From assembly GCA_943704425.1 (NCBI GenBank), contig CALSCP010000579.1, positions 25,584 to 73,099 on the forward strand: 47,516 nucleotides of DNA, written 5' to 3'. Source of the stretch: Ministeria vibrans ATCC 50519 (Eukaryota; Protista; Filasterea). Of this stretch, positions 15,316-27,408 are shown in pieces. Position 1 is the stretch's first letter. The number at the start of each line of letters is the position of its first letter. The notes under the pieces are model-generated. The model was given only the letters and a program-made list of their open reading frames with translations, was not told where the DNA came from and searched no databases. Position numbers and translations under genes: made by a program.

Positions 15316-18300
15316 ATGTCGTCCAGCAGCAATCCGCGCGCGTCTCTGCGAAAAATTGTGCACGAACGAAGTTGTGTCACGTCCACGAACAAGCTCACGC
15401 ACGGTACGCGTCGCTGGCCGAACAGCATGCATGGCCCATCAAGAATGGGGTTCATTGAGATCGAGTCGATTCGCTCTTTCTCTCACGTGAATTCACACAA
15501 ACAAATTTTTTTGTGTGTGTGTCTCAAACTTCACTTCCATGCTGTTTCGTCGCTAAACGTGCTTTTGGACTGTTTTAGACCTCAGCATCGGCTCCGACGA
15601 CCTCACCGAGCGTTTCAACCAGCTGTTCGCCGAGAATGTGTTCTCCGCACGCGTCATGCAGCGAGTACGGCGCTCTTTACCTATTTTTTTTTTTTTTTTT
15701 TTTTTTTGGGATGCGTGATTTTGGTTATCTCATCCCGTTGGAGTTGACCCGTGCTCTTCCGTCCCTGCGCCTTGCCTCACGCCGCTCCCCCCATACTCTC
15801 TCTTGTCACTGCCTTGTCAACACCCGCTATGTCGTGTGTGTCTGACTGCCTTCCGTTTGACGCGCACCGAAGAAAACAGAAAACTCGTGATAATCTTATT
15901 GTCTCTTTTGTTTTGTTGTCTTGGTGTTGCAGATGGTTCCCAAGGCAGTTGTGAAGTCGTTCCAGGAGGCACAGCGGGCGGGACGCGAGTGTGATCGCAG
16001 CACGGCAGACGTGATTGCGGCCGCCATGAAGGAGTGGGCGGTGAGCAAAGGATGCACGCACTACACGCATTGGTTTCAGCCGATGCGATCGGCACCCGCC
16101 GAGAAACACGACTCGTTTGTGGACTTTTTTGGTGAGCAGCGCAACATGCAACTGGAGTTCCGTGGCGAGCTGTTGTCACGCGGCGAGCCCGACGCTTCGT
16201 CGTTTCCCTCTGGTGGCGGTCGCACGACTGCCTGTGCCCGTGGCTACACTGCCTGGGACCCGACATCCCCGCCGTTTATCATTGAGGACCACAACGGCAA
16301 CACTCTGGTGGTGCCCACCATGTTTTTGTCATGGACTGGCGAGCCGCTTGACGTGAAGACACCTCTGGTGCGCTCCGTGACGGCCATCAGCGAACAGACC
16401 GTGCGCATGTGCAAGTTTCTCGGACTCAACAACGTGACGTCGTGCTCGTGTTCACTGGGACCCGAGCAGGAGTTTTTCCTGGTCGACCAGGCGTTTGCCA
16501 CGGCACGTCCCGATCTGGTCATGACAGGCCGTGCGCTGTTGGGCGCTGCGCCGGCCAAGGGCCAGGAGCAGGAGGATCACTACTTTTGTGCCATTCCCGA
16601 CCGCGTCATTGCCTACCTGCAGGACGTCGAGGAGCAGCTGTGGAAGTTGGGTGTACCCACCAAGACACGCCACGCCGAAGTTGCGCCGGGCCAGTACGAG
16701 TTTGCGCCCATCTACACCAACGTCAACGTTGCCAACGACCACAACATGCTCACCATGCGCCTGCTCCAGACGCAAGCGTCGCGCCACGGCCTTGTCTGTC
16801 TGCTCCACGAGAAGCCCTACGACGGCATGAACGGTTCGGGCAAGCACAACAACTGGAGTGTGTCGACGGACACTGGCATCAACCTGCTGGAGCCCACTGC
16901 GTCTCCCATGACCAATGTCCCCTTCCAGGTACATCCAAGAAAAGAAAAAAAAAAGGCGTTTCTGACCAAATTTATTTATGGTTGTGTAGGCGATGCTTGC
17001 TGCATGCGTGCGTGCCGTCGACGAGCACGGTGACCTGCTGCGCTGCTCCGTGGCGACGGCCGGCAACGACCACCGTCTGGGCGCCAACGAGGCACCCCCG
17101 GCTATCATGAGCATCTACGTGGGTGAGGTCCTTGAGGAGCTCATTGAGACGCTGTGCGCCTCGACGGATCCCAGTACGGTTCCTCACGGCGGTCTGGCGC
17201 ATACGGACCGACTTGACAGCATCATTCATCTGGGCGAGCACATGCTGCCCCTCAAGCGCGACAAGAGCGACCGCAACCGCACCTCTCCCTTTGCCTTTAC
17301 TGGAAACAAGTTTGAGTTCCGTGCGCCCGGTTCATCTCAATGTACAAGCCAAAGGAGAGGAAGACGCATTGCAATTGGTGGTGTTGACGAGTTGTTTTTA
17401 AAATTGTAGTTGTTGGCCACACGACAATGATTCTGAATGTGATTGTGGCCGACGCTGTGCGATCCATCACGAACGAGATGTATGCAAAGGCTGAAGAGCT
17501 CAAGGGCACGTACGACGACCTGGAGACGGTCCACAGCATTGCTGCACGCTTTGTCATTGCCGACAATCTGCGCAAGCACCGTCGCGTAAGATAAATAGAA
17601 ACAGACAGGGAGAAAGAGAGCGTGAGAGAAAGAGAGAGGGAGGGAGGGAGAAAGAAGCAAAGTAATAGAGAGGGAGAAAAAGGAGGGAGAAAATATGAGG
17701 AGAAAAAAGAAACGAAGAGAGAAAGGAGGAGAAAGAAACGAAGTGAAAGCGACAGTGTGTGTGCGTGATGGTTTTGTCAACTGATAATAATAATAATGAT
17801 TATTATTTCGTTTTGTAGGTTGTGTTCAACGGCGATGGGTACGCTGTGGCGTGGCAGGATGAGGCGGCCAAGCGTGGTCTGCCCAACATGAAGAACACCC
17901 CCGATGCCCTTGCGACGTTTGACAGCGAGAAGAACGTCAGGCTGTTTGAGACGCTGAAGGTGCTGAAGAAGGACTCGGTGACGGCGCGCAAGCTGGTGTA
18001 CCTGGAGCAGTACTCGCGAACGCTGCTGATGGAGGCCAAGTGCATGGTAGACTTGGTGAGCACCAATGTGCTTCCGGCGGCGTACCGCCAGCAGAAACTG
18101 CTCGCGGATGCCATCAACGGCGTGCGTTCGGCCTGTGGGGCCGACGTCATCCCCAAGGAGCAGGTGGCGTCGCTGGCGTCGCTGTCGGCTAACCTGGGCA
18201 AGCTGACGAGTCTTAACGAGAAGCTGCTGGCGGCGGTGGACGGGGCTCACGCACACGAGGAGGATCCTCTCAAGGAGGCCTACTACGTGCGCGATGAGGT

Positions 18301-18412
18301 CAAGACGACGATGGAGGCGGTGCGCCAGCTGGCTGATGCTGTCGAGATGGTCGTGGCCGACGAGTACTGGACCCTTCCTAAGGTCGCCGAGATGGTCTGG
18401 CTCGGCGTCTGA
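15316..18412 (+). CDS. Glutamine synthetase type III, multi-exon
   Basis: [125 protein letters not shown] and VFNGDGY are GSIII signatures. Confidence 0.96.
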
Positions 18413-18604
18413 GAGATCTCCCTATCTATTTATCATGTTGCGTGTGTTTCCTTTTCTTTGTGTGATTGCGCCTTTTGGTACACTTTCTTTCTTCTAATCT
18501 TAAATACTGTTCAGGAATCGCATTAGAGTAGGTACAATCGGGCGTAAAAAAGAGTCCAAACAAAAGATCAAAATGTTTATAAGAAAAAGACAAAGAGGGG
18601 GGGG

Positions 18605-18614
18605 NNNNNNNNNN
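18605..18614. other. Assembly gap (10 N)
   Basis: Run of n characters. Confidence 1.
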
Positions 18615-19011
18615 ATTGTAAAAAAAAAAAATGGCCGCAGACTCTCTATATCATCTGAGTAATAATTATTGTCTTTGCAGGTGGCAGATTTCTTTTGCTC
18701 GTAACAGGGACGCAAGCGGGAGACGAGCAGAGCCTTCTTCTCGTCGTGGGTCATCTTATCGTCAAGATCGACGAAGACGGAGGCGAGTTTGTCATAGTCG
18801 CGCAACATGAGGAGCACAAAGACCTCAAAGGTCTGTGTGCCGCGGAAGACAGTTGCCTTGTTCTTACGGAACGTTTCGATGTTCTCTTCGTAGTGCTCAA
18901 GCGACTTGGACCAGTGCAAGGCGGGAAGGATATGATGCGCCACGTGGTAGTCTTCCATGTACAGATTGTACTCGCCTGGTGGGAAAAGACAAAGAGAGTG
19001 AGCGACAAGAC

Positions 19012-19092
<81 letters not shown>

Positions 19093-20675
19093 AAGAAACC
19101 AAGTGATAGCGAGGAGAAAGAAACCAAGTGATAGTGTGTGTGTGTGTGTGTGTGAGTCAAGGATTGATTGAGAGACAGAGAATGAAAATATTGAGAGGCG
19201 TCGGCGAGATTCACGCGATATGAAGAGTGAGTTTGTGTGTGGAGTGATTAGTACCGTCGAGGATAGTAAGGGAGTTGATGTATTCGTTTTCGGGGTCATC
19301 GCGGTCCATAAATGCATGCCAAGTCCAGTTGATGGCGGCAAGGAAGATGACGGTGGTCCAGGTGGGGAGGAGCAGCATGAAGAAGCCAAACTTGAAGTTG
19401 AACAGGGTCCAGGCGGTGCACCACGCCGTGTACACGGCCATGCCGCGTGCCATTCTTCGCGCCTCTTTCATCTCTCTGTAGTACAATGAAGTTGTTGGGA
19501 TGTAAGTTGTGTGGCACAGACGGACAATTGGTAGTGTGCAGTGCATATTCGCTTACCCCTTTTGGTAGAAGTGCATGAAGACGGAGACGCCCGTCCAGTA
19601 AAGCATAAAGGACGAGAGGTACTTGAGCCAGTTGGTGCGAAGGCTTCGGTCGTAGTACATGGTGGAGGTGACGTCGCCGTCGCCGTTGGAGTACTTGTGG
19701 TGGATCTTGGTGTGTCCGATGGGGTATGACTCGGGGATGTGTCCGTAGAAGAGACCCAGCCAGTAGCTGAAGGCGTTGTTGAAGATGGAAAACCCCGGCT
19801 TGAACATACCCTGGGGTTTGTGTCCTTCCTAGAAGAGAAACAAGTTGACAGCGGTTATGACGAAAGTCGCATATGATATTAAGAATGATAATGACTGTGA
19901 CGTGACGAGGCGTGTCAGAAAGCGACAGCGTGTTGGGGCGGGAGACCATTGAGAGGGGTGTTCACGACGACGGGGGTTCCGCGGATCGATTGGAGCAAGA
20001 GTGCAAGTGCGAGAAAGGGATGACAAGAAGATTCTCGTCGTTTGTTGGCTGGACGACAGACACGAGATTTTGAGGAAAAGTGGCGCATTGGGATGCTAGG
20101 AGGGATGTTTGGGGGGTGCTTGGGCTCCGACGGGGTAGAGCACGAGGCAAGACACGGTGCACGGGGGGAGTGCTGAGTGCAGGGGGTGTGTGTGCAGCAA
20201 AAGAACAAATCGGGATGGCCAGTGAGAAAAAAAAAAAAAGAAAAAAAGGGGGAAAGTCACGCTTGAAAATTAGAAGATGAGTTACCTTATGAATGAGAGT
20301 GGAGACACAGGCAAAGAAGATGAGGTAGGGCCCCATGCGGATGATGTGGTAGGCAAGGACGACGCGGAAGTCGAAGCCGTACGTCGCAGTGTGCCAGGCA
20401 ACAGCGGCGAACATGGCGGGCACGAGCAGGCCCAGGCCAAACAGCGTGTACAGGAACTCGTAGTCACGCGCGTCCTTCATGATGACGCGTGCCAGCGCCT
20501 TGGTCGGCACCGCGATGGCGCGTCCCAGAAGCGGCATGGGTGGGATTTTCTTGAAGCGAATCCACACTTCATTCCAGATCAGTCCCGGGACCACCTCAGC
20601 GATGGCCATCCAGGGGACCGGGATAAGCAACGGCAGTGCCAGAACCCACGGCAGTGTCCACGGATGGGGTGCCAT
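18615..20675 (-). CDS. Membrane fatty-acid desaturase-like protein (three His boxes); no stop codon before the N gap
   Basis: Spliced exons give LIHK|EGH, HTKIHH, WTWHAF and EDYHVAHH plus hydrophobic segments. The frame stays open up to the gap. Confidence 0.8.
19015..19153. repeat. (GA)n, two GAAACCAAGTGATAG units and (GT)n, in a desaturase intron
   Basis: Directly visible. Confidence 0.92.
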
Positions 20676-21035
20676 ATTAAAGAAATAATTTTAATTTTAG
20701 ATTTTGATTATTATCCTTTTTTCATTATTAATTTTATTTCTTTTTATCGGCCCAACATGACTTGACCTACTACTAACTGCTTCATGCTACCTTGAACCTT
20801 TGGGGTTTGAAACATCCAACGATGAACAATAATCATTCTTAGAGGCAACGCTTTGTTTACTCTTTATCGCCATCAACTCAACCAACCAACGATCACCCGA
20901 CCGTGTGCCGCTACGCCGTCTCGCTCGCCGTGTGTCTTCTCTCCTTTCCTTTGCATCACTGCTGAGTGCCGAGTGCCGAATGCAGAGTGCTGAGAGGATA
21001 GCTGGACGCACCAACGAGATGGACATGATTTCATC

Positions 21036-21686
21036 ATGTCTCACTCGACCGACGTCTTGTCGCTGTCGACGGCCGTTGAGGGCGCGTCCGGCGTCGACAG
21101 CGACACGCTCTACACACCCTCCGCCTCATATGGCCGCGGTCATGGCCTGCTCCCGCTTGACCTGACGCGAGGCGCGCGCCTGCTCGTCCACACTCCGTGC
21201 GACACGGTTGAGCCCGCGTCGCTTGCTGCACGACACACTGGCAGTGCCTCCTCATTTGACAGCGAACAGCTCTCCCTGGCCGTTGTGCTTTCACTTCTTC
21301 CCGGCGCTCGTCTGCTGTGCACGGAAATGGCCGTGCGCTACGACACGTCGCGCCCCGGTGCCATCACAGATTATGTCGTGGCGCTCGCCAACGACTCTCG
21401 TTTGGGCGTCTCCGTCACTCGCGCCTGCAACTACATCAACCTGCGCACCCCTTTAAGCATCTCGGCGGCCGAACGACTCCTCAAAAAGAAACTACGGGGC
21501 GTCCAGACGGCCCAGCAGCGGTGCGTGGCGCCACGCTGGTCCGCACAGCTCCTGCACGTGTGGTGCTACTGCGACGCCACCGCCGACGCCATGCGCTCCG
21601 CCTTCCACCACATCCCTCCCGCCCTTCTCGGCTCTACCATTGTTCTTTGCTCCGTAGCAAGCCACTCAAACCGTTTCATCTTCTAA
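21036..21686 (+). CDS. Intronless protein resembling the Dictyostelium AAC4-type conserved domain; function unknown
   Basis: SE.LS..VL..A.LL.TEM.V.Y, ITDY, LGVSVTRA, A.RLL.KKL and W..QLLHVW pattern, recalled from that family. Confidence 0.65.
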   Translation: MSHSTDVLSLSTAVEGASGVDSDTLYTPSASYGRGHGLLPLDLTRGARLLVHTPCDTVEPASLAARHTGSASSFDSEQLSLAVVLSLLPGARLLCTEMAVRYDTSRPGAITDYVVALANDSRLGVSVTRACNYINLRTPLSISAAERLLKKKLRGVQTAQQRCVAPRWSAQLLHVWCYCDATADAMRSAFHHIPPALLGSTIVLCSVASHSNRFIF

Positions 21687-21751
21687 TCGCATAGCAATAA
21701 ATTGAAAAAAAAAAAAAGTTGTACAAAGAAATGAGGGACAGGAGAGACAAG

Positions 21752-22991
21752 CTAAGCGACGCCCGAGGGACGCATCATGCGGTTTCGCGAACGCACGGGC
21801 GGGATGTCGAACATATCAAGCATGTTCACATAGGAGCGGATGTCCTTGCGCTTGAGGTAGAGCAGCAGTCGATAGCGCTTGATGTGCAGTGCCTGTCGAC
21901 GGTACTTGGCACTCTCGTCCTTGTGGTTGCTTGCAATGTGTCGATCAAGCGCACGCAGCCGCATTGAAAACACGGCAACTACACACACATTCATACAAAA
22001 GACACAGAGGGCGATATGAGTCATCATCACTACCATCGTGTTCGTGGTGGTGTATCTCGCTATCACGTTGTTCTCTATCTCTCTATCGCTTTGATCTTTG
22101 TTCTCTCTCCCCATCACTTTGTTTCTTTCTCCTTCCTCTCTGTATACCTTGGACGCTGGCAGATCCTGTGTCCACGTTGTTCTTGCCCACCATGTCCATC
22201 ACCGAGTGCATGTTGACATTGTTAATTTCCGGCTGTGACGCATTACGCAAGTCAAAGTATCGCGTCGTTTCGGGGTTGGCATCGGCCAAAATCTGTGGGT
22301 CCACAAGTGAAATGAAGCGTGTCCGTTTGTCTGTGACAGAGAGAAAAAAAGAGACATGTGAGAAGGGACTGATGGCCTTGCTTGCTGCACAGGGCGCATA
22401 CCTCGCTTCTTCGGGTCTACGGTTGGTATGGGCACTACTTTCGTGCCGCTGGACAGCGTGTCGACCGCTTCAAACGGATCTTCTGCACGAGAGAGAACGA
22501 GAAAGGGAGAAAAAGAGAGAAAGACAGAGAGAAAGAGAGAAAGACACAACGTGATCGAGAGAGAGAGAGAGAGAGTCAAAAGTGTGAAAAAGAAATATGA
22601 TTGTGTTACCGAAAGACGTCTCTTGCGTGTCGTCGTGCCAGTACTTGTTTATATCCGTCGCGGGATCGTCTTCTATAGGGCAAACCGCACGAGAGCCGAG
22701 AGCGTAAGGGGAACAGTCGAGAGAGTGATTTTTTTCATTTTTACCAATAATTTTTGGTTCAAGCGATTTCAACACATCGAGATCGCCTTCGGTGGATTCG
22801 CTGGCTGTAGAAACATCGGGTGACGGCGTGGTGGGGGTGGGGGCGGAGGAGGAGGCGGAGGAGGCGGTGGTTGGGCTGGACGTGTCGGGTGAGGAAGACG
22901 CTGCTGAAGATGACGAAGAATCCGTGGCAAACGCACGCGCCAACGCTGACGACAGCGACCCGTAGGCTCTTCTGGACGCGATGCGTAGCAT
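21752..22991 (-). CDS. MRPS15: Mitochondrial ribosomal protein uS15m, multi-exon
   Basis: Presequence MLRIASRRAYGSLSSALARAF and S15 core DTGSASVQ|VAVFSMRLRALDRHIASNHKDESAK..KRYRLLLYLKRKD. Confidence 0.88.
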
Positions 22992-23174
22992 AACGAATTA
23001 AATGAAAATATCAAAATAATCACAATATCATGTTGAGTATTATCAATTGACGATTTCCATTTTCATTCACTTTTCATTCACACACAGCCAGTGAGTCAGC
23101 CACACTCCACACACTTTCTCGACATTATTGTGTGCGTACCGACGTCCGACTGTGCCCCTTTCCACTATTGACTG

Positions 23175-24245
23175 ATGTGGCAGCCCTTGCGGATGTCCGC
23201 AAAGGAATTGCGGCTTGATCTCACTTTAGTGTGCGGTCAGTCGTTCCGCTGGCGCCAAGGCGCAACCGACAGCGAGTGGACTGGTGTTGTGGACTCGACG
23301 GTGGTCAGCTTGCGACAGACGGATGTGCATTCCGATGTGGATTTTCGTGTGGTTCACTCGTTGGAACGATCGCTTCAGCCCGCACAAATGACTATGCGCC
23401 TGCGCGACTACTTTCACGCCGACCAGGTGTGTCTTGTCGACCACTACAGGAAATGGTCCGCTCTCGATCGCCACTTTGCCGCACAGGCAGCTCTCCTGCC
23501 TGGCTTGCGTATACTGCGACAGGTGGCAACAAAACACACACAAAACACGTACTATTGATTGTGTGCGGTGCTCACTGTCCTTCTGCTCTCTCCGTAGGAC
23601 CCGTTAGAGACCCTGTTTGCCTTCATTTGCTCCTCGAATAACCACATCTCACGCATCAGCAGCATGATATCAAAATTGTGCTCGGGCTACGGCGAGCGCA
23701 TTGACGACGATTGGCATGCGTTTCCCGCTCCCGCGGCACTGGCGGGCGAATCGGTTGAGCGTGAATTGCGCGAGCTGGGCTTTGGCTATCGGGCCAAGTT
23801 CATTGTGGGAACGGCACGGATGCTCGTGGAGAAAGGGGGACGGGACTGGCTCATGGGACTGCGCGAAATGGGCGAGACAGAGGCACGCATTGCACTGCAG
23901 ACTCTGCCTGGTGTTGGTCCAAAAGTTGCCGATTGCGTGATGCTGATGGCACTCGACAAGCACGCGTGTGTTCCTGTTGACACCCACATGTGGCAGGTGG
24001 CCCAGCGGCACTACGGCGCGAAGGGGACCGGCAAGACACTGTCGCGTGCTGTCTATGTCGAAACGCAAAGACGCTTCACCGAGCTCTTTGGTGTGTACGC
24101 TGGCTGGGCCCAGACGGTTCTATTTTCTGGTGATCTAGCACGTTTCAGTGATCGTGCGGCTCAGGTGCGCTTGGAAAAGAGACCCAATGCGGATGAGTTA
24201 AAGGGCGAGTCTCGAAAGCGACAACGGAAGTCGAGTGTTGACTGA
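23175..24245 (+). CDS. OGG1: 8-oxoguanine DNA glycosylase, 2 exons
   Basis: ELRLDLTLVCGQSFRW, GLRILRQ|DPLETLFAFICSSNNHISRI, LGFGYRAKFI, HhH-GPD LPGVGPKVADC..VPVDTH and YAGWAQTVLF. Confidence 0.96.
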
Positions 24246-24300
24246 CTGTAAATGATTGAATACAGATTGTACAATAATTTTATTTTTGCTTTACTTTCGC

Positions 24301-25136
24301 ATGTCCGTCTTTTTGCGATCCATATTGTTCAAGCCGATCGTCGTTGCAACGGCCGCCAGCTCTGTCTTCTGGGTGTACGTCTTCCAGTTTTCAAGACAGG
24401 TTAGTGTTCCTCTCCTCCGCATCCTCCTGCTTCCGTCGACCCCCTCCTCTTCCTCTCATTCTACTCATTGTGCTACGCTTGTCCTTGGTTGAAGACCCAG
24501 GCTAACGCGTAAACTGTTGACGTTTCGTTCGTTTTGCAGTCGGTCGCTCTGGCTCTGCCCACACCACAAGAAGACGCGGGCATTACGCGTGCTGTAGGGC
24601 TCGCTGGTGGCGCTGTCGGTGTGGCCGGGACGGTTGGCACGATATACTTGACTGCGCCTCGGGTGGATGTGCTTGCGTCGAGGCCTGGCGAGCGGGTCAA
24701 CATGCTGTCGTTGATCGCTCGCCGAATGCGTGTTCGCGGGGGCATTCTGCTCATGAGCTACCTTTGGACTGGCTTTGCAGCGGGTGCGGGGTATGCCGTT
24801 GCACAGAGTACCCTACGACCTGCAGCTACATCGGGGGCAGCAGCAATAGCAGCTCCACCTCCTCCAGCACCATCGACCGACATGACGCCTGTGCCGCCAG
24901 AGCTCGCTGCCGTCGTTCGTGCGCCCATCACCACACAAACTGTGGCAAGTATGAACAACGCAGAAGAAGCTCACTCAGCAGCAGGAGCAGCCGTAGCGGT
25001 CCCGACAGCGACCTACGAGAGCTTGCCAGACCATTTTCTCAACGGTGCACACACCGACGCACCGATAGAACACTCCACGCGCTCCGAGTACTTCGCCGAG
25101 GACTCGAGCCAGGCAAACGAAGAACCGTCGATGTAA
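24301..25136 (+). CDS. Hypothetical membrane protein, 2 exons
   Basis: ATG at 24301, GTTAGT..TTTTGCAG intron at ~24400-24539 and an open second exon. Hydrophobic Gly/Ala-rich segments and a Pro/acidic tail. No family recognised. Confidence 0.6.
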
Positions 25137-25169
25137 TACGATACATATACTATTTTTATTGTACACAAT

Positions 25170-26552
25170 TTATTCGACCGCCCACTTGCGAAAGCCAGCG
25201 GGGGTTTTCTCACTCTCACACAAAATCGACATTTCCCTCTCAATCGCACTCTCACACTTTCCCTCTCTCAGCATTGCACTCCGCACATAACAGCTGTACA
25301 CACTCTTCCAGTTCGACGCCAACACAGTGTCAGTGAACACAGTAGAGTGGCATCGGCGCAGGTGAGGACGCATATTGTCCGCCCGCGACACTGAGTGCGA
25401 GCAGATGGCACATCGAGTGCGATACACACTCAGCACATGATACTTACTGAAATGATCAGCCACATACCTCTTTGTGAATGGTACAGCGTCACACACTTGT
25501 CCCGTCGCCGGTCGCACCATTCGACATTTGAACCGACCATTGGACAGTCGCTCAAAAGACGCGTCGAGATCCACCGCGCCACAACCACTCCCCGCTTCCC
25601 GCTCCTTTTGCGCACGCGACAGCCAAGCAGCAAACGACGACGGCACTCGCTCACACTCACGCAACAACTGCAGCTCACGCACAATCACAGACTCACTCGC
25701 ACTGCGCTCCTCCAGAGCACTGCGCACAAGTGAAGCGTACACTCTCAGCCAGTCACAGCCACGAGTGAATACATCACTGTGCGATTGCAGCAGGTGGCGC
25801 TTAAACGCGTTTCTGGTTGATGCTACATCCTCCTTGCACATCACACAGTTGACGCGGAACACACTCCGAGGATGGCACATTGAGAAATGATGCCCAACCC
25901 ACTCAGGCACAAATCCAAGTCCCGCACACACTCGTCCGTCCACCAATCGACACCGACACCGCACCTTGCCATTACCCAGCATCTCAAACACACTCGTGTC
26001 CTCCTCATCCTTCTCGCCTCGTGCCATCGCCAACCAAGTCACAAATCCCATTGGGACTTGTTCGTGATCGTAACGACCAAACACCTTCGCCACTTCTCCC
26101 TCAACGTCCTCCTCTTCTCCGTCGCGCTCCAATGCCGCACGCACCTCTCGCAGATAGACAGTCTTCCATCCTCCGTCCTCCAATGAACCGCGTTCCATGA
26201 CGGTGGCTGTGAATTTGTTGCTGTGGTGTGAAGCAACGTGACGTTTGAGGTTGCGCACACCAACATACGAATTACAGACGACACAGGCAACGCGGTGCTT
26301 GCTCGTGGGATGGCACGTGGAAAAATGATCCTGCACACCCTCGCCCACAAACCCCTGTGACCGACATGGCTCCCCGGTGGCTGTAGGAAAGCGACACACA
26401 ATCTTTCCGTTAACGCCCAATGCAAAACAAGCGCCAATCTCACTTGGCGGATCCGTCCGGCATCGTTCGCCCGTCTCCGACACCATCAGCTCCATGTTGT
26501 ACGCATACGCACGACCGGCCGCCACTGCAACGCGATCCCACGGTTCGCTCAT
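25170..26552 (-). CDS. Intronless protein with three ~130-aa repeats, each holding two Cys2His2-type zinc-finger motifs
   Basis: 460-aa ORF with internal triplication: NG[KR]xxC-x9/10-C..HFSxxH, CxxC..HxxxxH, WxxVY..VRxA, ExxPxxFxxW. Confidence 0.8.
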   Translation of the reverse strand: MSEPWDRVAVAAGRAYAYNMELMVSETGERCRTDPPSEIGACFALGVNGKIVCRFPTATGEPCRSQGFVGEGVQDHFSTCHPTSKHRVACVVCNSYVGVRNLKRHVASHHSNKFTATVMERGSLEDGGWKTVYLREVRAALERDGEEEDVEGEVAKVFGRYDHEQVPMGFVTWLAMARGEKDEEDTSVFEMLGNGKVRCRCRLVDGRVCAGLGFVPEWVGHHFSMCHPRSVFRVNCVMCKEDVASTRNAFKRHLLQSHSDVFTRGCDWLRVYASLVRSALEERSASESVIVRELQLLRECERVPSSFAAWLSRAQKEREAGSGCGAVDLDASFERLSNGRFKCRMVRPATGQVCDAVPFTKRYVADHFSKYHVLSVYRTRCAICSHSVSRADNMRPHLRRCHSTVFTDTVLASNWKSVYSCYVRSAMLREGKCESAIEREMSILCESEKTPAGFRKWAVE

Positions 26553-26760
26553 GCCTGTGAGGCTTTCGGTTTGAGAATTAACACTCGCTGTCTCACTCTG
26601 ATCTCCCAGCCAGCTCCACTCTATGATCAGGGAGTGTCACACTCACTCCAGTCACAGTAAAAAAGTGACCTCGTCACCTCGCTGGCTGAGCGATTCAACA
26701 ATTGGAATGGTCACGAATAAATTTCAAAATTTTTCTGACTCTGATAATTCATAATTGATA

Positions 26761-27365
26761 ATGCACCGCCCAAGAAGAGTTCTGGTCGTCGCTAAAGAGA
26801 CCCGCTTTATGTTAGAACAACGGGTTCTGTCGAGGCGGCCCAAGCCAAAGAACATGGAGGCGCTGCGAGTGCGTGATCAGGTTCGTGTGGCGTCTGCAGT
26901 CGCCAAGTTCAATCGTTCACCAAAACGATGTTGCAGATCCATCAAGAGTCACTTTCGCTTGTGTGCGACGCCTTAGACAACGAAGGCATCGAGTACAACG
27001 TCAAGCTTGGTTCGACGTGCACCCGTACGCGGAGAAAGAGAGACGGCACAATAATAACCATCAGGATTAAAATGATTACACTTTACGCTTTTGCTTTGTG
27101 TGTGGCGTCACATCACAGGTGACGATGTGCGCTGCGTTGATGCGGTTGTCTCTGCTGGCGGCGATGGGACACTCTTGCGAGCGGCCATGCTGATTGACGG
27201 GCCGCATATTCCTCTGTTGGGCATCAATACAGATCCAGAGCGATCTCTGGGATTGCTGACGGTCAATCGGGGTCAAGGCATTCCCAACGTCCACAGCACC
27301 GTCAAGGTACTTGTCACCATCGTGTGGTGTTGTCTGACGGTTGCTTTGAAATGTGTCTTCTTTTC

Positions 27366-27408
<43 letters not shown>

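Noticed and set aside
15316-21686. GSIII, desaturase and AAC4-like genes as a bacterial island or contamination
   Set aside because: GSIII and the desaturase carry spliceosomal introns with the host repeat family, and their orientations are not operon-like.
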